From Eledone cirrhosa (lineage: Eukaryota), in contig OZ024750.1 of NCBI GenBank assembly GCA_964016885.1, positions 31,620,001 through 31,684,000 of the forward strand: DNA of 64,000 bases, given 5' to 3'. The translations under genes and the position numbers were made by a program. Positions 28,826 through 44,973 of this stretch are shown one piece after another. The notes below the pieces were generated by a model. The model had not been told where the DNA came from and ran no database searches. It saw only the letters and a list, made by a program, of their open reading frames with translations. The first letter of the stretch is position 1, and each line of letters opens with the position of its first letter.

Positions 28826-29240
28826 GTACATAACGTCTCATTACCAAATATTTCTTTATCTCATTTCCTCAGTTCTCTGTGTTGCTAGTAAACCCCTGGA
28901 CAGAATAAGCCAAGTACATAACGTCTCATTAACAAATATTTCTATATCTCGTTGGTGTAGTTCATGTTGGCCCAGGTCTCGCCGTTGCCAGTAAACCCGT
29001 TGACATAGTAAACAAAGTACATAACGTGTCATTACCAAATATTTCTTTATCTCATTGCCTCAGTTCTCTGTGTTGCCAGTAAACCCCTGGACAGAATAAG
29101 CCAAGTACATAACGGCTCATTAACAAATATTTCTATATCTCGTTGGCCTAGTTGATGTTGGCCCAGGTCTCGCCGTTGCCAGTAAACCCGTTGACATAAT
29201 AAACAAAGTACATAACGTCTCATTAACAAATATTTCTTTA
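28826..29240. repeat. Higher-order tandem repeat: 191-bp unit built from 87- and 104-bp subunits
   Basis: gtacataacgtctcatta(a/c)caaatatttct occurs five times with alternating A/B spacers. Confidence 0.85.
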
Positions 29241-30512
29241 TATTTTGTTACTGATTTCAAATATTTCCATGAAGGATATTTGATGATAGATGGTCTCAAT
29301 CTTTTGACAGCACCAAAAGATACTATATAACTACGGGACCTTCACGTTTTACCACAAAATATAGTGCTCATCCTCCTGTTGTAACAAAGTACAAGGGGTT
29401 TATTTCATTGCCCATAATTTTCAGTTAAGAAAATTGGAAGTATCTGTTGGTTAATTAGCGGTTAATTATAAACCGAGAGCGATAGTCACGTTTTAATAAT
29501 TAGTGAAAATAGAATTAATTATATTTTAGTAATAAAAGTATAATGCTGAAACAAATTTCATAATTGTTAATGTGCATTTGTGTGTATGTAAGTTATAATA
29601 GTTATATGTGTATGTTAGTTCTTATAGTTTATTTGTATGGTAGGTGTTGTTATAGTTTATTTGTTATCTTGGTGTTATAGTTTTAATGGTTAAAGCGTTG
29701 AGCTTACAAACGTCAGGTTGTGAATTTGAATATCGATGGTGCGTTGCTCCAGTTTATTCAGCTGCAGAAATGATTTCCAACGTCACTGGTACCAAGTTGT
29801 ATGGGCCATTCCCTTTCCCTTGGACAATATGTGTGGCGTGGAGGGTGTGACTGGCATGTAGGGGTGACTGTTGGTCTTCCACAAACACACCTTGCCCAGG
29901 TTTGTGTCTACGGCGAGGGGTTACAGTTTTATTTTTATGTTAGTTACTATAGATTTATTTGTATGTTAGTCGTTATAGATTTATTTATATAGAATATTAA
30001 GAGTTATAGGTTTATATTGATTAATACGAATTAGCGGACTCTTCTCAAACACGTGTAGATTAAAATGAAGCATATTCATGATTTTTATCGGGAATTACAA
30101 CAGCCTCACTACCTATAACCTAGTTTGCTGTACCTGTGACATCTTGATATCTTGACCATTAACATTGTGTAATGTTACAGTGATGGTGTATTGATCATCC
30201 AAAGTTCATCGAGTATTTCGGAACTATATCGAACAGACCCTCAAATTTGTATAAGCAAATGTGATATTTATTGGTATAACTATTCTAAAATTACATTGTT
30301 CTGAAGTTAAATATAATTTATATTAGATTGCTAACATTAATGCTGATGACAATATCGATTCCATATTGATTTTGTATCTATATTAAATTCTGCATAGTTC
30401 GTTGAATTGCAAACGTTAATTCTCTTAATGGTATTAATTTGTACTGAGCTTCTATTGATGTTGTAGACATAAAGCGCTGGTCCATATCAAATTCCATCTT
30501 TGTTATATAAAA

Positions 30513-30702
30513 ATAATTGTTTCTACTATTGGCACAAGACCAGCAATTACCCAGTACATTACTGGTACTTTATTTTATCGACCCCGTAAGGATGAAAAGC
30601 AAAGTTAACCTCGGCGGGATTTCAACTCAGAATGGCAAGGGCCGTAACTCTATGCGTCAAAGCATGGTGTCCAACCCTCTACCGATACTGCCAATTCACC
30701 GT
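30513..30702 (-). mobile_element. tRNA-derived SINE with ~17-bp TSD tgttatataaaa(a/t)taat
   Basis: Full-length family member. Confidence 0.88.
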
Positions 30703-31023
30703 CCTGTTATATAAAATTAATGCAAAGCAATTTATTTGAGTTGTTTAAAAGAAAATTCTCGATAATGTTTATTCTGGCCAGCACACATCTTGATAAGCAC
30801 TAAAAACAGACAAAGCCATGGCTGCCAAAAACAGGAACACGAAATATTTAAGGAAGTTATGATGAATCAGAAGCTTTTAGTTTAAGAAGTTCATTCAAGT
30901 AGTAATCCTCATTGAAAAAAACCAATAGAAGGAATCCACTTATACACACAAACTGAACCTAGAGAACAAAGAGGGTCTCCAGCCTGCATGAACATAAGGT
31001 CATTTATGTTGTCCCAAGTTGTC

Positions 31024-31097
<74 letters not shown>

Positions 31098-31098
<1 letters not shown>

Positions 31099-31276
31099 TA
31101 GGAACAAGTAAGACCCCGACGGCTGAGCTCAAGCCGTTTCGACGGGAATTAGACGTAGAAACGGCTTGAGCTCAGCCGTCGGGGTCCTACTTGTTCCTAT
31201 TACCCACTCTACTACCCTAAGTATTGAGTACTTTGGTGCGTTATGGTCCACCTGGTTCCTTACCACATTTCCTTCG

Positions 31277-31280
<4 letters not shown>
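31098..31280 (+). mobile_element. Family B element with ~50-bp fold-back
   Basis: Hairpin at 31098-31200 followed by the conserved body. (TA)n on both sides. Confidence 0.8.
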
Positions 31281-31318
<38 letters not shown>

Positions 31319-31341
31319 ATGTATGTATGTATATCTATATA

Positions 31342-31640
31342 TATTAATAAATGGAAACTATCTTTATTAAACCATATTTAATTTATTATATATATATTTC
31401 AAGAGTACCAATATTTTGGCAGGCTCGCATTAGATAAAATAAAAAAAAGTTACCTGATGAGTGCGTGCCTAATTCTGGTACCCTTGAAATATATATAATA
31501 AAATAAATATGGTTTTATGAAGGTAGTTTCCATTTATTAATATTATTGATATTACACTCCAGAAGGAACCTGTAGAGTGTTTCGAACATGTTACAAATAA
31601 ATTTGTTGAATAACAAACAAATTAAATAACTCTTTGCTTA
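31342..31640 (+). mobile_element. Family C hammerhead element with fold-back 5' duplication
   Basis: 31342-31440 is the antisense arm. Sense arm reads CTGATGA (31454-31460) gtgcgtgcc..ggtaccctt GAAA tatata TA ataaa. Confidence 0.72.
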
Positions 31641-31667
31641 TGTATATATATCTATATGTAAATATAT

Positions 31668-32560
<893 letters not shown>

Positions 32561-32571
32561 TATATATATAT

Positions 32572-33267
32572 AGCTAGGCGGGTAAAATCCTGAGATTCAT
32601 GGACGAATTCTCTCGAGTGGTCTCTGTCCCTCATTATTGCTGCCATGTCCTGCGTCTCCAACAGACCAGTGTCTGTCCTTAGGGTATCAACATATGTTAA
32701 CCTCGGTCTTCCTCTTCTAGTGTGTCCACAGGAGCACTGAGTGCAGTATCAACTCTGGATGTCGGTGAGCATCTCCAGCTAAACTCAGTCTTCTCTGTGT
32801 CACATTTCAGCTGACTTTTGGGAGAGTGACCTGCATCATCAGTGTTTACTGATTAATGTTCGGAGCCATCCTCAGCATTATCGTGTCGCACCCATCCACC
32901 ACCTGAGTGAGTTTCTTGGTCAGTGTGCAAGTCTCAGACCCGTACAGCAGCACACACTCCACTACAGCAATGAAGAGCAGATCTTCAGGTCCTGACGAAG
33001 GTCCAACTTCCACCCCGATCTGAAGCTGTAGAACGCCACCCAGGCTTTGCTCTTCCTCTAGACCACATCATCCTCTGTATTCCCAATCTTTGCTCCCAAA
33101 TACAGGAAGTCCTCAACCAATTCTAGTGGCTGCCCGCCTACATTAGTAATCTTCTCTGGCTTCTTAATATTCTCTACCAGATCTTTCGTTTTAATCTCAT
33201 TCATTCTCAGCCCCACACTCATCGACACAGTCTCAACCTCCTGCATCAAATCCTCAGCCTCCTTCAC
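32572..33267 (-). mobile_element. 5'-truncated, decayed copy of the same RTE family
   Basis: Reverse complement matches about 6592-7317 (EAEDLMQEVETVSMSVGLRMNE, VEDFLYLGAKIG) with small deletions. Ends in (TA)n. Confidence 0.93.
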
Positions 33268-33415
33268 ATGTATATATATTTTAATATATGGCGTTTGTCT
33301 CGCATGCTTTCAATTTACTTGAAGTTTCATAGGGATTTTTGTTCAAGACGGCTAATCTCCATTATCTGAACTTGTACATACGTCATGTTCTCTCTAGTCG
33401 ACAGTTTTGATTCCG

Positions 33416-33529
33416 TACATTTCCAGAATGATGGCTACTTCCACTTCGAGATATGTTATCAGTTTTATATGTTATGCATTTATGCATGTATAAATCATAC
33501 ACGCACGCGCGCGCGCGCACGCACACACG

Positions 33530-33578
<49 letters not shown>

Positions 33579-33613
33579 TTGTTGAATTACCAACAAATTG
33601 AATATGCCTTCTG

Positions 33614-33673
<60 letters not shown>

Positions 33674-33708
33674 CAGAAGGGATATTCAATTTGTTGGTAA
33701 TTCAACAA

Positions 33709-33775
<67 letters not shown>

Positions 33776-33891
33776 CGTGCGTGTGTGCGTGTGTGTGCGC
33801 GTGCGTGTATGATTTATACATGCATAAATGCATAACATATAAAACTGATAACATATCTCGAAGTGGAAGTAGCCATCATTCTGGAAATGTA
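33416..33891. repeat. ~475-bp near-perfect palindrome centred on (TA)n
   Basis: 33416-33618 is the reverse complement of about 33668-33891, including the embedded CA/TG microsatellites. Confidence 0.9.
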
Positions 33892-33894
33892 TAT

Positions 33895-34125
33895 ATGCAG
33901 AGGTTATATTTAATTTTTGGGATTCAACAAGCTTAAAAATGTTTATAACTGATATAAAGCACTCAACAGTAGAGTGGAGTAAATATACAATATATTAATA
34001 AATGGAAACTATATTTATAAAACCATAATTATTTTATTATATATATTTCAAGGGCGACCAAGGTAAAATATGGTGCGCTTTCATCAGTTAAAATACAGAT
34101 TTGTTTTATAAATAAATATTGACAT
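33895..34125 (-). mobile_element. Family C hammerhead element (ribozyme 34030-34095)
   Basis: Minus strand: tattttaa CTGATGA aagcgcacca..tggtcgccctt GAAA tatata TA ataaaata. Confidence 0.78.
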
Positions 34126-35410
34126 ACTGGGAAAAAAGACGACCTCAACGGTTGGAATTCGCTGGATAGTCTAGCGAATTTCATCCACTGCGGTATTTAT
34201 CTGCTTATTATTTCATACAATGTTTAGTGTTTTTAAATGTCGTTTTCTATTAACTGAAATATTTCACACTAATTAGATTCTTTGAGATGATTATTTCCAT
34301 ATGATAATGCCCTAGAACAATATTAATCGTCTCATTATTTGATCACCCAGCTGCTATAGAAATGGAGATATTAAAACCATGGAAAGTATTGAACATTCAA
34401 CTACTTTCTTCCCGTTAAGTAAAGTAGGTACCATACCGCGTTTATATTTTTAATTTATGTTTTTATTTGATGCTGTTATTCAGTATATGCCCAATTACTC
34501 GTCTCATAGAAGTGCTATAGAAATATCAAAACATTCAAACAACGGAGTTAAGAACAACAGTCGGTAAATATACAAAGGCATTATGAGGAAATATTAATGA
34601 GTGGATGTAAACGAAATGTGTTTGAGTGTTTAAGCTAAGGAGTAAAACCCCCACGAACTCCGTCATTATACATAATGTCTCTTTGGAATATAGCGGTCTT
34701 TATAAAAATCCATTTCGATTCCATATAAATGCGTTACTTTATACATAGTGATCATAATTATTTGAATGAATGGCTTTGTCAAACACATTCTTTGACACAA
34801 CTTTGTCAAACACATTTTTCACTACAGATATCAAACACACATGTCTTATTTCGCTCATTAAACACATCAACACACAATGAAACGATGGAAGTCGCTAGCA
34901 ATTGTCGGTGTTATTATGATTCCACTAACAAAACATTCTTCAAATTTTAATGCAAATGATTCGTCTTCTGAACGAGAAAATACGTGAGTATTTACCAATT
35001 GCTGATTATCTACAAAGTTCAAACAAGGGAGATATTACAGTACTTCACACATTTAAATAGTTTAAATTGAATATAAATCGTATAAACGGGACCAGCTTCG
35101 CTAGTCTCGCATGGGCTATGAATACCCCACTCCCATTTAATTAACACAAATCAGATTTTATACAACGAATATTGTATTTAAAAATTGATTATTTGAAAAA
35201 GAATTATATATATATATATATGAACAGATTTAAGGTATCAGAACCTATTCATTTTGTATGATATTTGTGCTTACATGTAGGAAAACTTATTGGCAATTTG
35301 CCCAGACCATCAATAATTCAAATTTTGTTATATATATATATATATTGATAGGGAAAGATATATGGCTGATTCTCTCTCTCTATATATGTACATATATTTT
35401 TAACTTTGAA

Positions 35411-35441
<31 letters not shown>

Positions 35442-35442
<1 letters not shown>

Positions 35443-35672
35443 GCAAAAGTTTTATTTAAATTGTTGGGATACAACAAGCAAATATTTTTATAACTGATAT
35501 AAAGCACTCGACAAATATTTGGAGTAGATATACGATATTAATAAATGGAAACTATATTTATAAAACCATATCTATTTCATTATATATATTTCAAGGATAC
35601 CAAGTTACATTATGGTATGCCTTCATCAGACAAAATACAATATATAACAGTTTTATAAATAGACATTGACGT
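35442..35672 (-). mobile_element. Family C hammerhead element (ribozyme 35573-35637)
   Basis: Minus strand: tattttgt CTGATGA aggcatacca..tggtatcctt GAAA tatata TA atgaaata. Confidence 0.82.
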
Positions 35673-36240
35673 ACCCCTTTAAAAATTGACCGTTGTTTTT
35701 GGAGGCCATCAAAAACAACGGTCAATCTAAATAAAACGCTACTGCTCTAGTAAATTATAACCAAATAACGAAGGAGCATGGAAAATATGAGACTTTGCCG
35801 AATATCTTTAAAAAGTGACATCATTAAATCAAATTTAATATGCAGGGTATTCCCCAAAAATGTATACACACTTCAACAGCATTATGATAAATATGTGTAT
35901 ACATTTTATGGTACACTCTATACGTTTGATATTCGAGAAAGGAATTCTCTAAATATTCTTGAACGTGGGAAGCAGAAACATATTTATGAAATTTACTGCT
36001 TGGAAATGGGAATCTAAAAATGCCATGAAAAATGTTACCGAAGTATATTATATCGATACTAAGTCCGCATTTTATAGCAAAGAACATTTATTTCAATCAA
36101 TAATCTATTAAACTAGTAGTTTTACAGACCCATGTATTAAAGAATTCGAAGAAGACTATAAATCAGCTTGCTGCATGATAAATAATTACAACTATATATT
36201 GCTAACCTACACACTTTTATACACACACACCCACACACAG

Positions 36241-36305
<65 letters not shown>

Positions 36306-36792
36306 AAGAGAGATATTTAGATATAGATATATATATATTTCGTTTTTGTATTTGTTTCGCAAGCTTTCTTATCTGAAAACATATGTTTAAACAGATATTG
36401 TTATACTTTGGGAGGGTCAGACTGCCAATAAAAACACACACACCCGGATGTAACACACAAAAACAAAGTGGTGTAGGACAGAACAAAAGAGAGACACAAT
36501 AAAAACCTAGTCACTGAGGAGGTCACAGAATGTGTGACGAAAGAGCCTTGCCAATATATAAACAACCATCCGGTTATCGAACCACAAACCAACCAACAGG
36601 AAATGTATAATAAACTGAAGTCACGCTTAGGAAGAAGCAAATGAGGCCTTTGACGTGTCCGACATTAGTCTTTCTTCGGGAAATGATGAGTGCGGAGAGA
36701 GAAAAGGTTGGACGACGGACTTTGGAAAAAAGAAGTTGTAATAAATGAATATGAGCACACACACACACACACACAGACACACACACACACAC

Positions 36793-36837
<45 letters not shown>

Positions 36838-38084
36838 TAGATATATATGTACATATTCATTTCTTAAAACATCTTTTTTCCAATATATATATACATACAC
36901 ACGCACAAACACACACACACGTGCGCACGCCCACACACACAGACACACACACACCCACACCCATACACATATGTGTGATTGGATCAAATTCAAAGCTAAA
37001 ATTTGGATAAAAATGTCTCCATTTATATTAAGAAGCCTTATTATAAATGTAAACATTGTTATCCTAATTTGAGCTTTAAATTTCTTAAGAAGTCTTATTG
37101 CTGAATTTCATACAGAGCTGTACTCTTTAGTATTTAGTTCTATTATTTTGTATATAAAAAATGTTGGATAAGTAATTGATGCGTGTTTATGGTAGTATAT
37201 TGTGATCGTGAAAGCAAACGTCTGCTTTAATGCAATAACTAGACCAATTTCCATATGTATACATTATTGATCTATCAGATATAATTGGAAGTTTATTACA
37301 TTTTGTGTGGAAAATAGGAAACTCGTGTCTACTGAACAGGTTTAAGTAGTTCTGACCTAAACGGTATGTCATGAGGTGAAGGATATTATAATATGAGGTA
37401 CGATACACTTGAATAAATTAGCAATAAATATAATAATGTATTGCGCATACAAATTCTATTATGTCGCAATATATATTTATGGCGGGGTGAGCAAACTGTT
37501 GATGTATTTATCGCCGAATACTTTAACCACCATTTTACTTGTCAAGATGACAAGTTCAACAGTGGTTAAATTGTGCTTAAATTGTGCTTATTTATATTTT
37601 CCATTTTTTAATGTTTATATTCGTAAACATCTTCAGACCGGCAGGCATATTTTGTTATATTTGAAGACACGAATATTTTAATAATTACATACCATTATTT
37701 TGAAAGAGGCCTGTTAGTAATATTTGATGTAGGTAGATAGAAACACACTGTTTACAGAATATGAAATTTATAAATACAATTCTTTTGATAGTGCCAGTTA
37801 ATATTTTCTCATTAGAAAGCTGTTGCTTGACACTCCATCACATTAACAAATGTATTTTGTATTATAAGAGAGCGATATGAGGATACTATGATCAAATATA
37901 TTTGTGTCATGATCATCCGTTCTTTTTGCACATTTAGAACAATATAATGCATCCATTCATTTGTTAATTATTGCAGGTATGAGGCTATTTGAGGGTTATT
38001 CAGCTGATATTGTTTACAAGTTGGCCGACAACCAAGATTCTTTATTGATTCATATGGGTGTAGTGACATTTTATGATCTGCTTG

Positions 38085-38230
38085 TAGCTACTTTTTGTGG
38101 ATCTGGTTACAGGGACGTTTTGATGATTTGGTTGTAGGGACTTTTTTTGGATTTGGCTGTAGAGACTATTTGTGGATTTGGTTGTAGGGACTTTTTGGGG
38201 ATTTGGTTGTAGGGACTTTTTGTAGATTGT
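38085..38230. repeat. Degenerate ~25-bp minisatellite
   Basis: gatttggttgtagggacttttt repeated about 5 times. Confidence 0.7.
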
Positions 38231-38474
38231 CCCACTACTAGTTTATAGTAGACAGAAATTGCACGATTCATATTTTTGTTGTTGTTGTTGTCGTTGTTGA
38301 GCTCCATGTCAACTATATACTAGCAGAAAAATATAGGGACTATTATGAGCACACTATCCTTTCGTATATCCATCGTGTGTTTGATTTGATATATATTCGG
38401 CTGCTATCTCTAGCAGATTGAGTATTCACATAGATGCCACTTAAGTTTTATATGGACATGATTGGTATTTTGAC

Positions 38475-38568
<94 letters not shown>

Positions 38569-39691
38569 AGTTTATTACATGTGTACGTGGCCTGAGTGCT
38601 GAATGTTATATGGCATATGTAATTAGTATTGAAATTTACACATTGCTTTTTTAATTTTACTGGAGAAGCACGGCTGGTGATTAGGGTGTAATGCTCACTA
38701 TCATAAGATCATGTGTTCGATTGTCGGTGGTAGGTTGTTTCACTTACTTCCAGTTGTCAAATTTGAATTGTATCTGATTCAAAGTGCCAGACGTGTCACA
38801 CACAAAGTACCGCAGAATCTCTCCAAGGACTACGTTAACGAGAATCATGTGTAAAGAATGGTGAGCCACTTACACGTTAATCTCGCGCGCAGGCTGTTCC
38901 GTTGTTCTTGAAATATTCCTGAAACATTTATCATTGCAACCGACGGAGACTCTACACATGTATCTGTACTTAGATGTCCTTGGTATCTTGTGGAAAAATC
39001 GACAATTTATAGCAGGAAGCAATGTTGTTGAGCAGAAAAAGTAAAATATCTAGTTATATGACTTATAATTTTTAACCTGAACTCCCACTGTTTTAGGTAT
39101 ATATTTCGTATGTCTCAACTCGATCAGAATTTACTGTGTGTCTTGAGAATCAAACTATTTTATTGGAGGACATGTAACGTAACGAGGATTTTGCAGGCAT
39201 TCTCAGCGAAATCTGAACCTTGACGAAATGAAGGAGTGGAAGATCTGACAAAGAAGGGCTGTATATAGTAGTTAGTGCGGTGCTGGGTTCAGAAGTTAGG
39301 ATTAGAAACAATATGGCTGACGGAAAGATGAACTATTGTATTCTTGCCACTTACTCATTTAATATATAAGTGTGAATACCGATACAATCTAAATTAGATG
39401 CCACTATAAATCTGATTGATGCAATAACAACTATATTAATAACGGACATATTTATCAGACCTACCAAATTTATATACCTAAGCATGATAATACAGATACA
39501 ACTACTACATATATAACTACGACAGGAGATAGAATATATGACTTCCTGAACACTTTAGAGCTTAACAAAATATTTAGTCATATTTTCTGTGTACTTATGC
39601 ACACATACACCTACACACACATATGCAGGGAGGCACATACACACATACGCCCACACACGCATGCATATACACACACACATATATAGGTATG

Positions 39692-39725
<34 letters not shown>

Positions 39726-40572
39726 TATATATTATATATATATGCGCATATATATATGTATATATTTATATAAATATTATATATATATACACGTATATAT
39801 ACATATATATATTATATATATATACGCAGAAATATATGTATATATTTATATAAATATTATATATATATACACGTATATATATACATATATTATATATATA
39901 TACGCATATATATATGTATATATTTATATAAATATTATATATATATACACGTATATATATACATATATTATTTATATATATGCATACATATGTATACATG
40001 CATATATATATACATTTACACCCCCACCTCACCCCCACCCCGCATATATATATATCTATATCTATATATATATGTGTGTGTGTATATGTGTATATACATG
40101 CAGTGTAACTGCGCCCTCTCCTCGTAAACCAGTGTGAAGTCTAAATGTATCCAAACAGATCAAGCTCCGAGTAGGACCTGTATATATACCGTCTATTTGT
40201 TTCTGTAAATAACCTGACTCTCTAAATTATCAGTCAGAGCTAAAGAAACTAACGAGAGCCAGTCAACTAATGAGATTATATATTTGGTGACTGTTCATAA
40301 ATATTCCACAAAATCTCATTCAATAATATTTATATAATCCATCAACAATATTTGTTTAAAATGAATTTTGAAGCATGTAATGACCAAACATATACTTCTC
40401 GAACGATATGTCGATTTAGTAGGTACTTGGCAATATATCCATTGGAATGAATGCATGATATACATACATACATATATACATATGTACACTTTCTTCCTCC
40501 TCCCCCTTTTAGTTATTCCTGGGAGGGTCGTGAACATCTCTCAGCCGATTTCTTCCTAATAGAGAAATATAT

Positions 40573-41157
40573 TTTTCTTGGGCGGGTAAAATTCTCGAGA
40601 TCCATGGACGAGTTCTCTCCAGCGGTCTATGTCCCTAATTATCGCTGCCATGTCCTGCGTCTCCAACCGACAGTGTCTGTCGTTAGGGCATCAACATGCG
40701 TTAACCTTGGTCTTCCTCCTTCAGTGTGTCCATGTAGGGGCTCCCACAGGAGCACTGAGTGCAATTTCAACTCTGGAAGTCGGTGAGCATGTCCAGCTAA
40801 CCTCAGTCTCCTCTGTGTCTCTTTTGAGCTCACTTTTGGGAGACTCCCATACAGCTCTGAGATTTTCATCCTAAGTGTATACTGATTGGTTGAATACTTC
40901 CTGTATATGGGAGCAAAGATTGGGAATACGGAAGATTATGTGGTTGAGAGGAAGAGCAAAGCCTGGGCGGCGTCCCACAGCTTCAGATCGGTGTGGAAGT
41001 CGGACCTTCGTAAAACCTGAAAATCCGCCTCTTCATTGCTGTAGTGGAGTCTGTGCTGCTGTACGGGTCTGAGACTTGGACACTGACCAAGAAACTCACT
41101 CAGATGGTGGATTGGTGCTACACGAGAATGCTGAGGATGGCTCTGAACATTAATCAG
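40573..41157 (-). mobile_element. 5'-truncated RTE copy with 5' inversion and 12-bp TSD
   Basis: 40581-40887 is the reverse complement of RTE 7006-7313. 40885-41157 is forward RTE 6738-7011. Flanking direct repeat agagaaatatat at 40561-40572 and 41156-41167. Confidence 0.92.
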
Positions 41158-43248
41158 AGAAATATATATAGAGGGAAATCCAACCACAATATTTGACTGG
41201 TCTTCTTATTTTCGGCGATGCATTTGTTTTGCAAGATGCTTGAGATGAAATCATGTGTTGAAACATATTTTTATATTTGGGGAGGGCATGGTGTCCAGTA
41301 TATTCTTATAAATAATTTATCTGGCCAACAGTTAAAAATATAAGTCTAAATATGGATGGCAAAGTTGACGTCGGTGTGATTTGAGCGCAGTAAACCGGAG
41401 CGAATATCGCAAAACGTTCTCTTCGACATTCTAACGAATTTACTATTCTGCCACGTTAAATATTGACTCTATTCCACCAAATTATATTGTGTTACTTAGC
41501 TGTCACTGCTCTATTGCATTTGATTGATGAGTTCGCCATCAATCAGTTCAACTGGTGATCCAGATAGGCATGTTATTGCAGAAATATAGATTTCACAAGT
41601 ACAGCTTTGTTTGGTAATGCTTTTTTTATATACTTCTCTATAACGTTTTTTGCCCAGTTGTGGATATATATAGCTATGGAAGTGTGTGGTTCAGTCGTTA
41701 TGCTATTCGGCTGACAATCGTAAGGCCATGGATTTGAGTCACAGTAGAGCATTGTGAATTTGAGCAACATACATTATTTCCATGCTACTCCAGTTCACTT
41801 TGTGGACAAAAATGTTTTTACCTCTAATGCAAAGGTCAGTCCCTAATCATTCAAACTGTTGCGCTGAATCACCCTAAGAATTACGTCAACGGTGGTCATG
41901 TCTGTGGAATGCTCCAACATTTGCACATTAATTTCACTAGCAGGCTATCCCATTGTTCGAAAAGATATAGCTCTAATACGTAAAGGTTTGTGAAAGAATT
42001 TTGCATTAGCCGCCTCCAGAATTGATTATGTTGGTGCTGCACCTAGTAAAGAGATAGATGTATCTCGCCGAAAAGTTGCCACATAAATCTACTTATTCTT
42101 CCTCTGATTCACATAGAGAAACACTCTCAAGTAGTTTATGATTTATCACGTGTAACAACTGGTTATACCTAGGAAACATATTGTCTGTCTTCATTCCTAA
42201 GAAACAAAGACACTAGATCGTTAAAGTCGGAAAACCCTTGGAGAATATGTCCGGTGTATCAAGGTTTATGTAGTGGCAAACAACAAAAGAAAAGCTACAC
42301 ATCTCTACATACCGGCTTCTAATCAGAGTCAAGTGACACTAATATATTCTGACATGGTCACATTATCATAGGTCTTAAAGGAGACTAGATTCGGTTATAT
42401 AAATATAGAATAATTTTAGTACTATTGAAATATTTTATCAGCCCTCAGCAGTATGAATATTACTGTCAATTTCTTCATAGCTTGCATTCAGAATATAAAG
42501 AGAATCAACTGCTCGTCATCAATGTTTGATACTTTGCATTATCAGCTCCGAAAGGGTTTAGACGAAGTTCTCATCACGGCCAGACTTCAACTTGGAATTT
42601 CACAGCCCGTAACAATATGCCACAAGACATGTGGTTTTCTTATTTTCTAAAGAAGCTGCCAATCCGACGCCCCATACACACGCGCAAAAATATACCCGCA
42701 CACACACACACCCACACACACACACACATACCCCCCCCCACACACAGAGTCAGAAATCTACAATGGCAAACGAAAATGTTGAATAATTTATTATCAACAC
42801 AGACATATCACGTTAGATTTCCGCAAATACTCATGTTCCCTCCCCTCCTTGATGATGTTTATGTGTTTAAAACTATGATGAGATATGTTTAAATCTGTTC
42901 AATAAAAGCTAAATTCTAAAGACAGAAAAAGAGAAGAAAAAACGTCAAAATAAATGAACAAGATAACGACAAAATATTGATCTCGTCTTAACTAGTCACA
43001 AAGCATCGATACATCAAGTAAGAGAGGAGGCGGGATGTTATAATATGACATGTCTAAATGTAATATCGGTGTACGTGAACTAAAATGTCTTAAATCTAGG
43101 ATGGAAAAAAATGATTGTCCGTGAGGCTTGTTATTTCAATCAAGTAAAATTTATTAACTATGACAGCACACTAGAGGGAAATATTGTTGTGAGCACATAT
43201 ACATACAGGCACATGCGCGCACACATATACATATATATATATATATAC

Positions 43249-43382
<134 letters not shown>

Positions 43383-43409
43383 TTATATATATATATATAT
43401 ATATATATA

Positions 43410-43502
<93 letters not shown>

Positions 43503-43643
43503 TTATATATATATATATATATATACTTATATATATATATATATATATACTTATATATATATATATATATATACTTATATATATATATATATATATACTT
43601 ATATATATATATATATATACTTATATATATATATATATATATA

Positions 43644-43708
<65 letters not shown>

Positions 43709-43733
43709 TTATATATATATATATATATACACT

Positions 43734-43810
<77 letters not shown>

Positions 43811-43811
43811 T

Positions 43812-43842
<31 letters not shown>

Positions 43843-44126
43843 TTATATATATATATATATATATATATACACTTATAGTTATATATATTAATATGGTACA
43901 GCCGTAGTAAGCTTGAAGCATTGTGAAAAGTGTAGATAATAGAGTATTGAAAGACACTATTTTCTTCTATTAATCGTTTAAAGAAAGGATTGTATCAGAG
44001 AGCGAAACACAAGAAGATATAAAGAACTACAAGGTAACACGACTGCACTATAGTTGTCATATATTTACCATTTACCGTATATTTCATATTGTGGCGGCTT
44101 TCATACAAAACAGAATTACAAATAAA

Positions 44127-44161
<35 letters not shown>

Positions 44162-44244
44162 TGAAAAAAAAAAAAATGAAAACACTTAAATGTAAGTATG
44201 TATGTATACGTACATACATATATGTATACAGACGTACAGTAGCA

Positions 44245-44330
<86 letters not shown>

Positions 44331-44480
44331 CAGGTACACATACATATATGCACGCATCAGTTTAGCGGACGCTTATTATAACGCCGCTTTGTTCGTTTGT
44401 AAACAAAACTGAAGAGCCTGAATTTATGCCATACGGTGTTAAGGCAACCACGTCACCTTTTTGTTCAACCCTGACACAGG

Positions 44481-44525
44481 AACAATGTACTAGTTTCAAG
44501 CTTGTTAGCTATCATCAGCACCGTT
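44481..44525 (-). ncRNA. Minimal hammerhead ribozyme (family F)
   Basis: Minus strand: aacggtg CTGATGA tagct-aaca-agctt GAAA ctag TA cattgtt. Confidence 0.85.
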
Positions 44526-44765
44526 TACCCATCTGCCAGATAGTTGAACGTTCGAAAGTATATACTTTCCTTATGAAAATTAACGGCTGAGCAGCCTAAT
44601 TTGCATATTGAGTGAGTTAAATCGGTCAGGCATACCGAAAACGATAAGTTGAATAAAAAAAAAATGAAAACGAAATTTCATTTCTCACTCTTAGTATGGC
44701 ACTTACTTAAATGTAAGTATGTATGTATACGTACATACATATATGTATACAGACGTACAGTAGCA

Positions 44766-44817
<52 letters not shown>

Positions 44818-44973
44818 TACATACAGGTACACATACATATATGCACGCATCAGTTTAGCGGACGCTTATTATAACGCCGCTTTGTTCGTTTGTAAACAAA
44901 ACTGAACAGCCTGAATTTATGCCTTACGGTGTTAAGGCAACCACGTCACCTTTTTGCTCAACACTGACACAGG

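Noticed and set aside
28826-29240. CRISPR-like array of five ~30-bp repeats
   Set aside because: The spacers alternate A/B and are duplicates, there are no cas genes, and the context is eukaryotic. It is a tandem repeat.
36640-36686. Minus-strand CCGAAGA-agac..gtc-GGAC-acgtc hammerhead-like motif
   Set aside because: Several core substitutions, so it cannot be supported.
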